Shown here: in pieces, positions 40,212-49,956 of the stretch
Position numbering within the stretch: position 1 is the stretch's first letter
How the letters are laid out: the number at the start of each line of letters is the position of its first letter
Source: Candidatus Latescibacterota bacterium
GTDB lineage: Bacteria > Latescibacterota > UBA2968 > UBA8231
DNA: 64,000 nucleotides
Direction of reading: 5' to 3'
Assembly: GCA_965219385.1 (NCBI GenBank)
Contig: CBDCNM010000001.1
Coordinates: forward strand, 794,631-858,630
The notes under the pieces: generated by a model
Databases searched by the model: none
What the model was told of the DNA's origin: nothing
The model's input: only the letters and a program-made list of their open reading frames with translations
Program-made: the position numbers and the translations under genes

Positions 40212-41363
40212 ATGGAATCCATGAATCACAAACCATGGTTAGTCATGCTGTTCTCGTTGATACTGGCAGCGGCGGGCTGTGACAAACCCCAAGGGCCGGA
40301 TACACAGGGAAGGGTCAAAATCGGCTTTCTGAGCACCAGCGACCGAGCTACATATCCCAAGGCCGCGGCGATCGCCGTGGATGAGATCAACGAGCGCGGT
40401 GGGTTGCTCGAGATGCCGGTTGAACTGGTGGTGAGAGCTGAAATAGAGGAAGTCGCCGTCTCGGTGCAGGCGGCCGAAGCGATGATTCGCACCGACGAAG
40501 TCATCGCTATCATTGGCCCCAATCGCTCTTCTCACGCCGTCGAGGTAGGGAAATTGGCCCAACGGCATGGCTTGCCGATGATTACCACCGCCGCAACCAA
40601 TCCGGATGTGACCAAAGCCGGCGACTTCCTCTTCATGGCCTCGTTCACCGACCTGTTTCAAGGAAGTGTCATGGCGCAGTTTGTCACCGAGGACCTCGGC
40701 CTGAGCAGGGTAGCTACCCTGACGCGGAGAGGCGATGTCTATACGGAGGGGATTTCCCGATTCTTCGGATCTGATTTCAGCAGGCGCGGTGGGGAGGTCG
40801 TTGCCAAGGAGTATTACGACAGAGATGCGGCTGACTTCACCGATCAGTTGACTCGCATTGCCGAGATGGAACCAGAGGCGATTTTCATATCCGGTTTTGC
40901 CCGAGAAGTCGCCCTGGTGACGCGGCAGGCGAGGGCAATTCCGGTGCAGAGCCTCGAAGAAGCGCCTGTGCTCTTCCTCGGAGCCGATTCATGGGATAAT
41001 CCGGTCCTGTTAGGTGACGAAGAGGCCGAAATAGAAGGCAGCTTCGTCAGTAGCCACTTTTCGCCGAATACGGACGATCTGAGTGCGCGCGCATTCATCG
41101 ACAAATACCAGGCTCTGTACGGCGCCGTTCCCAGTGGTGGAGATGCGGTGAGCTACGATGCGGTCAGGCTGCTTTTCGAAGCGGTGGAGCGCGCCGGCAG
41201 TCTGGATCCCGAGGGCGTGCGGAAGCAACTGGAGGCAACCCGGAACTACGTTGGCGCGACGCGTATTTCCCGTTACGATGAAAACCACCATCCGACAAAA
41301 AGCGCGGTAATAATGACCGTCGAGAACGGGGCGAAGCGATTCCACAAGCAGATAGCTCCGTAA
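40212..41363 (+). CDS. LivK-type (branched-chain amino acid family) substrate-binding lipoprotein
   Basis: Lipobox LAAAGC, EINERGGLL, ATNPDVT, DLFQG, YDAVRLL; no cognate permeases nearby. Confidence 0.85.
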   Translation: MESMNHKPWLVMLFSLILAAAGCDKPQGPDTQGRVKIGFLSTSDRATYPKAAAIAVDEINERGGLLEMPVELVVRAEIEEVAVSVQAAEAMIRTDEVIAIIGPNRSSHAVEVGKLAQRHGLPMITTAATNPDVTKAGDFLFMASFTDLFQGSVMAQFVTEDLGLSRVATLTRRGDVYTEGISRFFGSDFSRRGGEVVAKEYYDRDAADFTDQLTRIAEMEPEAIFISGFAREVALVTRQARAIPVQSLEEAPVLFLGADSWDNPVLLGDEEAEIEGSFVSSHFSPNTDDLSARAFIDKYQALYGAVPSGGDAVSYDAVRLLFEAVERAGSLDPEGVRKQLEATRNYVGATRISRYDENHHPTKSAVIMTVENGAKRFHKQIAP

Positions 41364-41391
41364 AGCCTGTATTCCAACGACATCGCAGACC

Positions 41392-42501
41392 GTGACTGCA
41401 AACGATAACGCCTACGTCGAATTCGAGCGCGTCAGCAAGAGCTACGACGGGCGCACAATGGTTGTTGGCAACCTCGATCTCAGCGTCCGCAAGGGGGAGT
41501 TTCTGACCCTGCTCGGGCCGTCCGGCTCGGGCAAGACGACCTGCCTGATGATGCTCGCCGGCTTCGAGGTGCCCACGTCGGGCACCATCCGCATTGGCGG
41601 CCGCTCCGTGCACGCGTTGCCGCCGCGCCAGCGCGGCATTGGCATGGTATTTCAGAACTACGCGCTCTTCCCGCACATGACGGTGGGCCGCAACCTCGCC
41701 TTTCCACTTGAGGTGCGTGGACTCGACCGCGAGCAGTGCCGCGAACGCGTGGCGCAGGCCTTGCGGCTAGTTCGCCTCGACGGTCTGGAGGAGCGGCGGC
41801 CCGCCCAGCTCTCCGGCGGCCAGCAGCAACGCGTGGCGATCGCCCGGGCGCTGATATTCGATCCCGATCTGGTGCTGATGGACGAACCACTCGGCGCGCT
41901 CGACCGGCGCTTGCGCGAGGAAATGCAGTACGAGATCCGGCGCATCCACCAAAGCCTCGGCGTGACCGTGGTGTACGTCACCCACGACCAGCAGGAGGCC
42001 ATGGTCATGTCGGATCGGATCGCCGTGCTGCGTGGAGGAGACATTGAGCAGATCGCCGAACCCGAGGCCCTCTACGAAGAGCCGGAGCGTTCGTTCGTCG
42101 CCCGTTTCATCGGCGAGAACAACCGCCTGCACGGCCGGGTAACCACAGTCAATGGGGACATTTGCACCGTGGAAAGCGGCGGTCAAATCATCCAGGCGCT
42201 GCGCGTTGCGCCCTGTCGGGCCGGCGACGCCACCACCCTGTCGATCCGCCCGGAGCGCGTTGCCATCGCGCCCGAGCCGGGCCTGTACACCAACGAACTC
42301 GATGCCACCATCGAGGACATTACCTTTCTGGGCGACCACCTGCGCCTGCGCTTGGCCGTGTGTGGGCGCTCGGATTTCATCGCCAAGATCCCCAACATCG
42401 TCGGGCACGGTGCCGTGCTGGCCGGCGACCGCATCCGCATCGGCTGGACGCCGACCGACTGCCGGGTGCTCGACCCGGACGACGAGGAGGACGCGACGTG
42501 A
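41392..42501 (+). CDS. Polyamine-type ABC transporter ATPase (PotA-like)
   Basis: GPSGSGKTT, VFQNYALFPHM, LSGGQQQR, MDEPLGALD, TOBE-like tail. Confidence 0.93.
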   Translation: MTANDNAYVEFERVSKSYDGRTMVVGNLDLSVRKGEFLTLLGPSGSGKTTCLMMLAGFEVPTSGTIRIGGRSVHALPPRQRGIGMVFQNYALFPHMTVGRNLAFPLEVRGLDREQCRERVAQALRLVRLDGLEERRPAQLSGGQQQRVAIARALIFDPDLVLMDEPLGALDRRLREEMQYEIRRIHQSLGVTVVYVTHDQQEAMVMSDRIAVLRGGDIEQIAEPEALYEEPERSFVARFIGENNRLHGRVTTVNGDICTVESGGQIIQALRVAPCRAGDATTLSIRPERVAIAPEPGLYTNELDATIEDITFLGDHLRLRLAVCGRSDFIAKIPNIVGHGAVLAGDRIRIGWTPTDCRVLDPDDEEDAT

Positions 42502-42564
42502 AGGGCAAGCGCAAGCATGTGCCAAACAGAGGCTAATTGGCCATAACAACGAGGAGGAGACAAC

Positions 42565-43665
42565 ATGAAGGACAAGCAGAGAAAGACCTCTCGCATGGCG
42601 GCCGTCACCGTCCTGGCCATGCTGATGATGGGGCGCGCAATCGCTGACGATCAACCGCTGACCGTGGTTTCCTGGGGCGGCTCCTATGCGCGCGCCTGCG
42701 TCAAGGGCTACCACGAGCGGTTCACCGCGGAAACGGGCATCGCCATCAATCTCGAAGACTACAACGGCGGGCTGGCGCAGATTCGCGCCCAGGTCGATGT
42801 GGGCAATGTGTACTGGGACGTGGTGGACCTGGAAATCCCCGACATGGTGCGCGGCTGCGACGAGGGCCTGCTCGAACTCGTCGAGACCGACTCGCTGGCG
42901 GCGGGGGCCGACGGAACGCCAGCGGCAGAGGACTTTGTCCCTGGAACAGTTACCGATTGCGGCCCGGCCACAATATTCTACTCGACCATCTACGCCTACA
43001 ACAAGGAGCATATCCCGGGCGAGAAACCCACCACCATGGCCGATTTTTTTGACCTGGAGAAATTCCCGGGTCGCCGCGGGATGCGCCGCTCACCCCTCGT
43101 GAATCTGGAGTTTGCCCTGATCGCCGACGGCGTGGCGCTCGACGAGGTGTATGTCACGCTCGATACGCCCGAGGGCGTGGACCGCGCCTTCCGCAAGCTC
43201 GACACCATCAAAGAGCACATCGTGTGGTGGGAAGCCGGGGCGCAGCCGCCGCAGATGCTCGCCGACGGCGAGGTGGTGATGAGCACGGCCTACAACGGGC
43301 GCATCTTCAATGCCCAGGTGCTGGAAGACCAACCCTTTGTCATTGTCTGGGACGGCCAGGTACTGGATACGGGCGGGCTGGCCATTGTCGCGGGAACGCC
43401 CAATCGCGAAGCGGCGCGGAAGTTTGTCGCTTTTGCCTCAACGGCCCAGTCCATCGCCGACGTTGGGCGCTACATCGCCTACAGCCCGACGCGCCGCTCT
43501 GCGATGCCGCTGATTTCGACGCACGCCGAAAAGGGCGTAGACATGAATCCGCACATGCCCACGAGTCCGCAAAATTCCAAGCGCGCCTTGCACAACAACT
43601 GGGAATGGTGGAGCGATCACGGAGACGAAATGAACGAGCGCTTCAGCACTTGGCTGGCGCGGTGA
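42565..43665 (+). CDS. Polyamine-type ABC substrate-binding protein (PotD/PotF-like)
   Basis: Signal peptide, VSWGGSY, WDVVD, FPGRRG, AYNGR. Confidence 0.88.
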   Translation: MKDKQRKTSRMAAVTVLAMLMMGRAIADDQPLTVVSWGGSYARACVKGYHERFTAETGIAINLEDYNGGLAQIRAQVDVGNVYWDVVDLEIPDMVRGCDEGLLELVETDSLAAGADGTPAAEDFVPGTVTDCGPATIFYSTIYAYNKEHIPGEKPTTMADFFDLEKFPGRRGMRRSPLVNLEFALIADGVALDEVYVTLDTPEGVDRAFRKLDTIKEHIVWWEAGAQPPQMLADGEVVMSTAYNGRIFNAQVLEDQPFVIVWDGQVLDTGGLAIVAGTPNREAARKFVAFASTAQSIADVGRYIAYSPTRRSAMPLISTHAEKGVDMNPHMPTSPQNSKRALHNNWEWWSDHGDEMNERFSTWLAR

Positions 43666-43790
43666 CCGGGCGGCGTTACCATTACACCCTTTCCCGACGG
43701 ACCTGCAATGGTGGTGCCCTCCCAGTCGAAAGGAGAGCCATCATGGGCGCGACCTGCGTTGATGTGTTCGCGTTCTCACGTTGAGCAGAC

Positions 43791-43819
43791 TTGAGATGAT
43801 CTGCTTGGGTGGGTATAAT
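43791..43819 (+). promoter_or_regulatory. Sigma70-type promoter predicting a leaderless transcript
   Basis: TTGAGA, 17-bp spacer, TATAAT; ATG 5 nt downstream. Confidence 0.65.
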
Positions 43820-43824
43820 ATCCA

Positions 43825-44064
43825 ATGCACTTTGAAATTATAGGCGTGATTGAGGCTATCGAAACGATTGCCGTAGGCGGGAAAATCCGTGAGATCATGC
43901 GGCTTCGTAGGCAATATGGGATGGGCTGATGGAGAAAATTCAAAGGTATTGCCCGTATTCGCCTGAGCAATGGAAGTATCCGTCGCGCGGAGATCCATTG
44001 GTACGAGGCGCATGGAATTGGCCGAAGAAAGATAAAGATCAAACAATTCTTGGAGTGGCAGTAA
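43825..44064 (+). pseudogene. Small basic protein (putative toxin) with one in-frame TGA
   Basis: MHFEIIG...RQYGMG*WRKFKG...AEIHWYEAHGIGRRKIKIK; TGA at 43927-43929; not in the ORF track. Confidence 0.65.
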
Positions 44065-44300
44065 TGAAAAGAAAACCATCAGAATCTCGATTCGCTCTGT
44101 GTATCGAAGACAGCGAGTGCGAGGATTTGGAGAAGCGGAAAATCTACGAGATTCTGCCTGACGCAGAAGCGGTCCAAGAGGGGTATTTGAGAGTCGTAGA
44201 TGAATCAAGGGAAGATTACTTGTATCCCGCAGCTTACTTCATCCTTGTCGAATTGCCTCGCAAAGCCCAAGAAGCACTGGTAGCGACGACCGGAGTCTAA
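44064..44300 (+). CDS. Small acidic protein (putative antitoxin/immunity)
   Basis: TAATG coupling to the upstream gene; KIYEIL...YLRVVDESREDYLYP. Confidence 0.65.
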   Translation: MKRKPSESRFALCIEDSECEDLEKRKIYEILPDAEAVQEGYLRVVDESREDYLYPAAYFILVELPRKAQEALVATTGV

Positions 44301-44660
44301 AAACAAAGAGACACCCATAAAGGGGTCGTGGGGAGCTTTAGATAGTTCCAATTCGTTCCGGTTCTGGCTCATGGAAAGGGAGTTCACAAGAACGATCAAG
44401 AGACGCTTCGCTCCAGAAAAATCAAGCTACGTGGCCAGGAGAAACATGGCTGATGCGGTTCCTTGAGCGCCTCAATTGTGAGGTGAGCATTCATATTGCC
44501 TGGCCGGAGAGTGAAGGTGCCAAAAAGGTTATCGCGATATAGTTGGAGTAATAATTGGCGTTGGTGCATGAATCGGTGGTCCTTCTTGCATGCCGCCCTT
44601 AAATGAAAATTAAGCTGCTCGCCAAAGACTACCGTCTAAAGACGATGATGCCAAACCTTA

Positions 44661-45589
44661 GAAGCCGTTTTAAAATTCAGATTTGGGAGCGAGTCTCTTG
44701 ATCAAAAGGTGAATCATCGCAATGTAAATGAGCGCTTCGCTATTTCGGGTCAAGACTTCATAATCCTTGGAAAGGCGTCGAAAATTCAACAACCAAGCAA
44801 AGGTGCGCTCAACCACCCAGCGCCTTTTCATCCCCTCAAACCCCTTGCTTTCTCGTTGGACTACTTCCAAGTCAATTTTGTGCGTCCGCTTCAAACTTGA
44901 AACCCAGGTCTTCAAAGCGTCACCGCGATATCCACCATCGACCCATAGCTTGCGAAGACGCCGCAAGTTAGCCGCAAAATAGCGTTTGAGTAACTCCATC
45001 AACCCGGCCCGATCGGCCCAGGCAGCAGCAGATACAAATACACAGATCGGCAGGCCGAGGGTATCTACAAGGAGATGACGCTTGCGGCCATTGACTTTCT
45101 TTCCAGCATCGTAACCTTTTATTTTTCCTTGGGTTGTTGTCTTAATGCTTTGAGCGTCTACACGGCCTGCTGACGCGGTGGGCTTGCGACCCTGACCACG
45201 TCGCTCCCTTCGGCTTTGGGCCGGTTGGATCTTTTGGAAGATGCCTTGTTTGCTCCATCTGTTGAAATACCCATACACGGTTTGCCAGCATCCAAAAGCT
45301 TTGGGCAGCATGCGCCATTGACATCCTGTCTTGGTCCGATACAGGATGCCGTTGAACACGTGGCGTAGATTGACCGGTGGGCGACCAGGACAGCCAAGAC
45401 GCCATTGGGGTTTGGGCCGCAGCGTGAGGAGAAGTTGCCATTGCGTTTCGGTCAAATTTGTTGGATATTGCCTTTGCGTATTCATCTTTATCCTTTCGTT
45501 TCAGGTGGGTTAAAACAACCTGAATTTGGATAGATGAATACGCAATTTCAACTTTTTTCTTTACTCCTCTACCTTTTTAAAACAACTTC
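44661..45589 (-). mobile_element. IS5-family (IS1031-like) insertion sequence, single-ORF transposase 44670-45485
   Basis: TIRs GAAGCCGTTTTAAAA / GAAGTTGTTTTAAAA, TTA on both flanks; TGCQWRMLP, YDAGKKVNGRKRH, VDGGY, RWVVERTF. Confidence 0.93.
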
Positions 45590-46009
45590 TTAAGAAAGTG
45601 AAGGGAGACGAGCGCAAGGCCCTGTGGGCAGAGTACTCCACCCAATGCAAGGACATAGAGGATGAGTTGCTGTCAATTGCTGTACGCAGATTCGCAATTG
45701 ACGTTCCAGATCAGCGGGACGACTCCGATGGAGGTGGCTATTTTCTTCAAACAAAAGAAACAAAAAGCCATGACCGCCATGAAAAGGGCAATCAGAGACG
45801 AGCAACTCAAGGGCATAAGCTTGGTGGTTGCCATCATGAGCCTAGTGGCGGCGATTATCGCCCTTTTGGTGGGATTTGCTGGCGTCGTGTACGGCTGATG
45901 TACATTTATGGAGAGGACAAAGACGGTCGATGTGGAAAATGGGGCGTCATAGTTGAGACGTGCATTATGGGCAACTCAAGGACAGGATTGTAGGCGAGTT
46001 GGAACGGAA

Positions 46010-47224
46010 ATGAACCCCAAAATAGACATCAAAATCCCCAACCTCCGCCCGCGCCTGCGCGCCGCGGGGCTGGTGCTGCCGCTGCTGGCCTTCATCGGCC
46101 TGACCTTCATTGCGCCCCTGGCGACGATGCTGGTGCGCAGCGTGTACGATCCGGTGGTGGCCGATGCCTTGCCTGAGACCCTCGCTCTGCTGCGCCAGTG
46201 GGACGGGGAGGGCGTGCCCGGGGAGGCGGTGTACGAAGCAGCCGTCCGCGAACTGCTGAAGGCGCGGGCGGAGCGGACCCTCGGTCGGGTCGCCAGCCGC
46301 GTCAACCGGGTGCACGCTGGTCTGCGCAGCGTCTTGACACGCAGTGCGCGAAAGTTGCAGCGCGTTGACGAGGGGCCCTGGCGCGAGGCCATGATCGGCG
46401 TCGATAACGCCTGGGGCGACGCGCAGACCTGGCACGCCATCCGCAGCGCCGGGGAGCGTTTCACCGCGCGGCACTACTTGAACGCCCTCGACCTGCAACG
46501 GCTGCCCGACGGCGCCATCGCCGGCCAACCCGAAGAGCGCCGCATCTACTTGTCCCTGTTGTGGCGCACCCTGCTGGTGAGTCTGGGCATCACCGCCCTG
46601 TGCCTGTTGCTCGGCTACCCCATCGCCCATTTGATCGCCCATGCTCCCCCACGGCGTGTCAATCTGCTCCTGGCGCTGGTGCTCGTTCCGTTCTGGACCT
46701 CGCTGCTGGTACGCACGACGTCCTGGATCGTCCTGCTCCAGACCCAGGGCGTGCTCAACGATGCGCTGGTGGCGCTGGGGCTGGTCGGCGCCGACGGCCG
46801 GCTCGCCCTGATCTACAACATGACCGGCACCTTCGTGGCCATGACCCACGTGCTGCTGCCCTTTATGGTGCTGCCGCTCTACTCGATCATGCGCGCCATC
46901 CCACCGATCCAGATGAGCGCGGCGGCCTCGCTGGGCGCGAGCCCGCCGCAGGCCTTTTGGCGCGTGTACTGGCCGCAGACCCTGCCCGGCGTCGGTGCCG
47001 GCTCGCTGCTGGTGTTCATCCTCGCCATCGGCTACTACATCACCCCGGCGCTGGTGGGCGGCAGTAGTGGCCAACTGATTTCCAACATGATCGCCTACCA
47101 CATGCAGACTTCGCTCAACTGGGCCCTCGCCGCGGCCCTGGGGGGTATCCTGCTGGTGTGCGTGATGGCGCTCTATTGGCTCTACGATCGCCTGGTGGGC
47201 ATCGAACGCATGAGGTTGGGCTGA
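46010..47224 (+). CDS. Polyamine-type ABC permease (PotB-like)
   Basis: LGYPIA, PFWTSLLVR, LPFMVLPLY, EAA-like loop AAASLGA. Confidence 0.9.
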   Translation: MNPKIDIKIPNLRPRLRAAGLVLPLLAFIGLTFIAPLATMLVRSVYDPVVADALPETLALLRQWDGEGVPGEAVYEAAVRELLKARAERTLGRVASRVNRVHAGLRSVLTRSARKLQRVDEGPWREAMIGVDNAWGDAQTWHAIRSAGERFTARHYLNALDLQRLPDGAIAGQPEERRIYLSLLWRTLLVSLGITALCLLLGYPIAHLIAHAPPRRVNLLLALVLVPFWTSLLVRTTSWIVLLQTQGVLNDALVALGLVGADGRLALIYNMTGTFVAMTHVLLPFMVLPLYSIMRAIPPIQMSAAASLGASPPQAFWRVYWPQTLPGVGAGSLLVFILAIGYYITPALVGGSSGQLISNMIAYHMQTSLNWALAAALGGILLVCVMALYWLYDRLVGIERMRLG

Positions 47225-47225
47225 A

Positions 47226-48035
47226 ATGATGCGGGCACGCCTCGGCCGGTTGGGCTACCTGGCGTTCTGCGCCGCGGTGTTCGCCTTTTTGATCGCGCCG
47301 ATCCTGGTGATCGTGCCGCTGAGCTTCAACGCCGAGCCCTATTTCACCTTCACCGAGGGCATGTTGCGGCTCGACGCCGAAGCCTACTCGCTGCGCTGGT
47401 ACCGGCAGATTATCGAAGAGGATGCGTGGACGCGGGCCCTGGTCAACAGCCTGATCATCGGCGTCGCGTCCACGGCGCTGGCGACCGCGCTGGGCACCCT
47501 CGCCGCGCTGGGGCTGTCGAGCGCGGCCATGCCCGGTCGCCGCCTGGCAATGGGGTTGCTGATCTCGCCGATGGTGACCCCGGTGATCATCTCGGCGGCG
47601 GGCATGTTCTTCTTCTACTCGAGCCTGGGCCTGGCTCAGACCTACCTCGGATTGATCCTGGCGCACGCGGCGCTGGGCGCGCCCTTCGTGGTGATCACCG
47701 TAACCGCTACGCTGGCCGCGTTCGATGCGAATCTGACCCGCGCAGCCGCCAGCCTGGGGGCCGGACCGCTGCGCACCTTCGGCCGTGTGCAACTACCGCT
47801 GATTGCGCCGGGCGTCATCTCCGGGGCGCTCTTTGCGTTTGCCACTTCGTTTGACGAAGTGGTCGCGGTGCTCTTCATGGCCGGCGTGGAGCAGCGGACT
47901 ATCCCACGCCAGATGTGGGCCGGCATCCGCGAGCAAATCAGCCCGACCATCCTGGCGATGGCGACGTTCCTGATTGTTTTTGCCGTGTTGCTGCTGTTCG
48001 CGGTCGAATGGCTGCGACGGCGCGCGGCGGCTTGA
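47226..48035 (+). CDS. Polyamine-type ABC permease (PotC-like)
   Basis: PLSFN, SLRWY, AAASLGA, FATSFDEVV. Confidence 0.9.
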   Translation: MMRARLGRLGYLAFCAAVFAFLIAPILVIVPLSFNAEPYFTFTEGMLRLDAEAYSLRWYRQIIEEDAWTRALVNSLIIGVASTALATALGTLAALGLSSAAMPGRRLAMGLLISPMVTPVIISAAGMFFFYSSLGLAQTYLGLILAHAALGAPFVVITVTATLAAFDANLTRAAASLGAGPLRTFGRVQLPLIAPGVISGALFAFATSFDEVVAVLFMAGVEQRTIPRQMWAGIREQISPTILAMATFLIVFAVLLLFAVEWLRRRAAA

Positions 48036-48072
48036 GCGGCTGCTTTGGTGCGCTTCGCCGAAAACTTTTGCG

Positions 48073-49699
48073 TCAAGCGTCGAGGAGGGCTTTGGCGGCC
48101 TGCCGCGCCTCGTCCAGCGTTCCGACAACGCGATCCGGCGGAACATTCTGCAAGATGGCCAGGGTGTGCAGGATGTTCTCCACCGAGCCGGACAGACCCA
48201 TCACGATGAACTCGGTCTCCTCCCCCTTGGGCGACATCCATGAGTTGCTCTATGACCATGGCGGCGCTGTCGTCGAGGTAGGTGGCTTCCGAGAAGTCGA
48301 AGATGACGACCTCGTGATCCTTGATGTCCGCGCCGATCACCCCGACCAGCTTATTGGAGGAGGCCACGGTGAGACGCCCCCTGAGCACCACCAGACCGAC
48401 CCGCGCCGCGTACAGGTCCGCCTCGACAGCGTCTTCCTTTTCGGAGAAAAAGGTCTGGTCCAGCATCGGCACGGAGACCACGCTGTCGAGTTCCAGGCCT
48501 TCCAACTGCCGCGCGTTGGCCATGCCCGCGGCAATCAGCCCTATCGCCACGGCGGTTACCAGATCGACGAACACCGTAAGGCCCAGCGTGATCAGCATGA
48601 CCAAAAGATGTTCGCGCTGGATGCGGTGGACGCGGGCGAGCAGACGCCAGTCAATGATGTCCCAGCCGACCTTCATCAGGATGCCGGCGAGAACAGCGTG
48701 AGGAATCGGCTCGACGTATGGCCCAAGGCCCAGCACTAGCGCCAGCAGGAGTAGCGCGCGCAACGCGCCCGATAGCCCCGATAGCGGGGTCCGCCCGCCG
48801 GCGCGTATGTTGACCACAGTGCCCATGGTAGCCCCGGCACCGGGCAGCCCCCCGAACACCCCCGCAACCATGTTGCCGATGCCCTGCCCCACCAGTTCCC
48901 GGTTCGGGTTGTGGCGCGTGCCGGTCAGCGAATCGGCCACCAAGGAGGTGAGGAGGCTGTCTATGGAGCCGAGCAGGGCGAGAATGAGCGCTGGTTGCAA
49001 GGCATGCGCCAGGAAGCTGGCGGAAGGCAGCGCCAACTGCAAACTCGGCAGGCCGGTCGGTACTGGTCCGATGATGGGCGCATCGCTCAACCACAGCACC
49101 CCCAGCAGCGTGCCGACAATTAGCGCCATAAGGGGCGCGGGCAGGAATCGCGTCAACCGGCGCGGCCAGAGCACGCCCACAGCGAGCGTAACCGCGGCGA
49201 TGGCAAAGGCGCTGCTGTTGATATTGCCCACCACCTCGGGCACCGCGCCGATCGCGCCCATCGGTCCGCCCGGCGCGGTGGGCGCTCCGAGGAACGGCAA
49301 GGTCTGAATCAGCATGATGATGATGCCGATGCCGGACATGAAGCCGGAGATAACCACATACGGCGTGTAGGCCACGAAGCGGCCGATCCTCAATAGGCCC
49401 AGAAGCACCTGCAGCAGACCCCCCAGAACAACCACGGTCAAGGCTTCGGTGAGGTTGGTCGCGTGGCTGGTGACGATGACCGCCATGGCGACAGTCATCG
49501 GACCTGTGGGGCCGGATATCTGGGACCGCGTGCCGCCGAACACCGACGCGAAAAAGCCGACCGCGATGGCGCCGTATAGGCCGGCAGCCGCCCCCAGGCC
49601 CGACGCTACCCCGAAGGCCAACGCGACCGGCAACGCCACCACCGTTGCAGTGATGCCGCCAAAAACATCCCCGCGGAGTGTATGGAAATCGTAGTTCAT
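48073..49699 (-). pseudogene. SulP/SLC26 anion transporter with C-terminal STAS domain; +1 frameshift near 48225-48231
   Basis: GDVFGGIT...ALPVALAFG, QISGPTGPM, NRELVGQGIGN, STAS FDFSEATYLDDSA; removing one base restores ...EFIVMGL...TLDEARQAAKALLDA* ending at 48073. Confidence 0.88.
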
Positions 49700-49742
49700 G
49701 GCATCATATCCTTGACAATTAAGCCATTTTGAATATATATGC

Positions 49743-49789
49743 TATCTCCTTCGGGATGCAACAATATATCTCCTTCGGGATGCAACAAT
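49743..49789. repeat. 23-bp direct repeat, period 24 (TATCTCCTTCGGGATGCAACAAT)
   Basis: Copies at 49743-49765 and 49767-49789 between the divergent sulP and GPP34 genes. Confidence 0.95.
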
Positions 49790-49956
49790 TTTGTACTGCG
49801 CACCGGTGCGGTCAATTTCCCCAGGACGGTCTCCTCGGGGAACTTTTAGGCCCGGCGAAGCGGAAGGGGCAGCTGAACTTTCCGCGTGGGGTTCCGAGGT
49901 TGAGCTTGACGAAGCCCGAGCATGACAGTATCTTCCAACAAAATAAGGAATGGACG

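Noticed and set aside
39930..41363. PIN toxin fused to a binding protein as a novel fusion
   Set aside because: The PIN part is incomplete and the binding protein has its own RBS, start and lipoprotein signal; chance in-frame join
41767..43011. Long antisense ORFs, e.g. 41767-43011, 18170-19453, 59421-60680, 2029-3204
   Set aside because: Shadow frames of well-supported genes in GC-rich DNA; no recognisable motifs
43927..43929. In-frame TGA as selenocysteine or recoding
   Set aside because: No redox motif or evident SECIS hairpin; TGA is used as stop throughout the window
44310..44545. XRE-type HTH gene remnant (LMRFLERLNCEVSI)
   Set aside because: Too short and degraded to support a call
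47642..48072. SulP C-terminal extension overlapping the PotC-like gene
   Set aside because: Read-through caused by a +1 frameshift; the natural stop is at 48073
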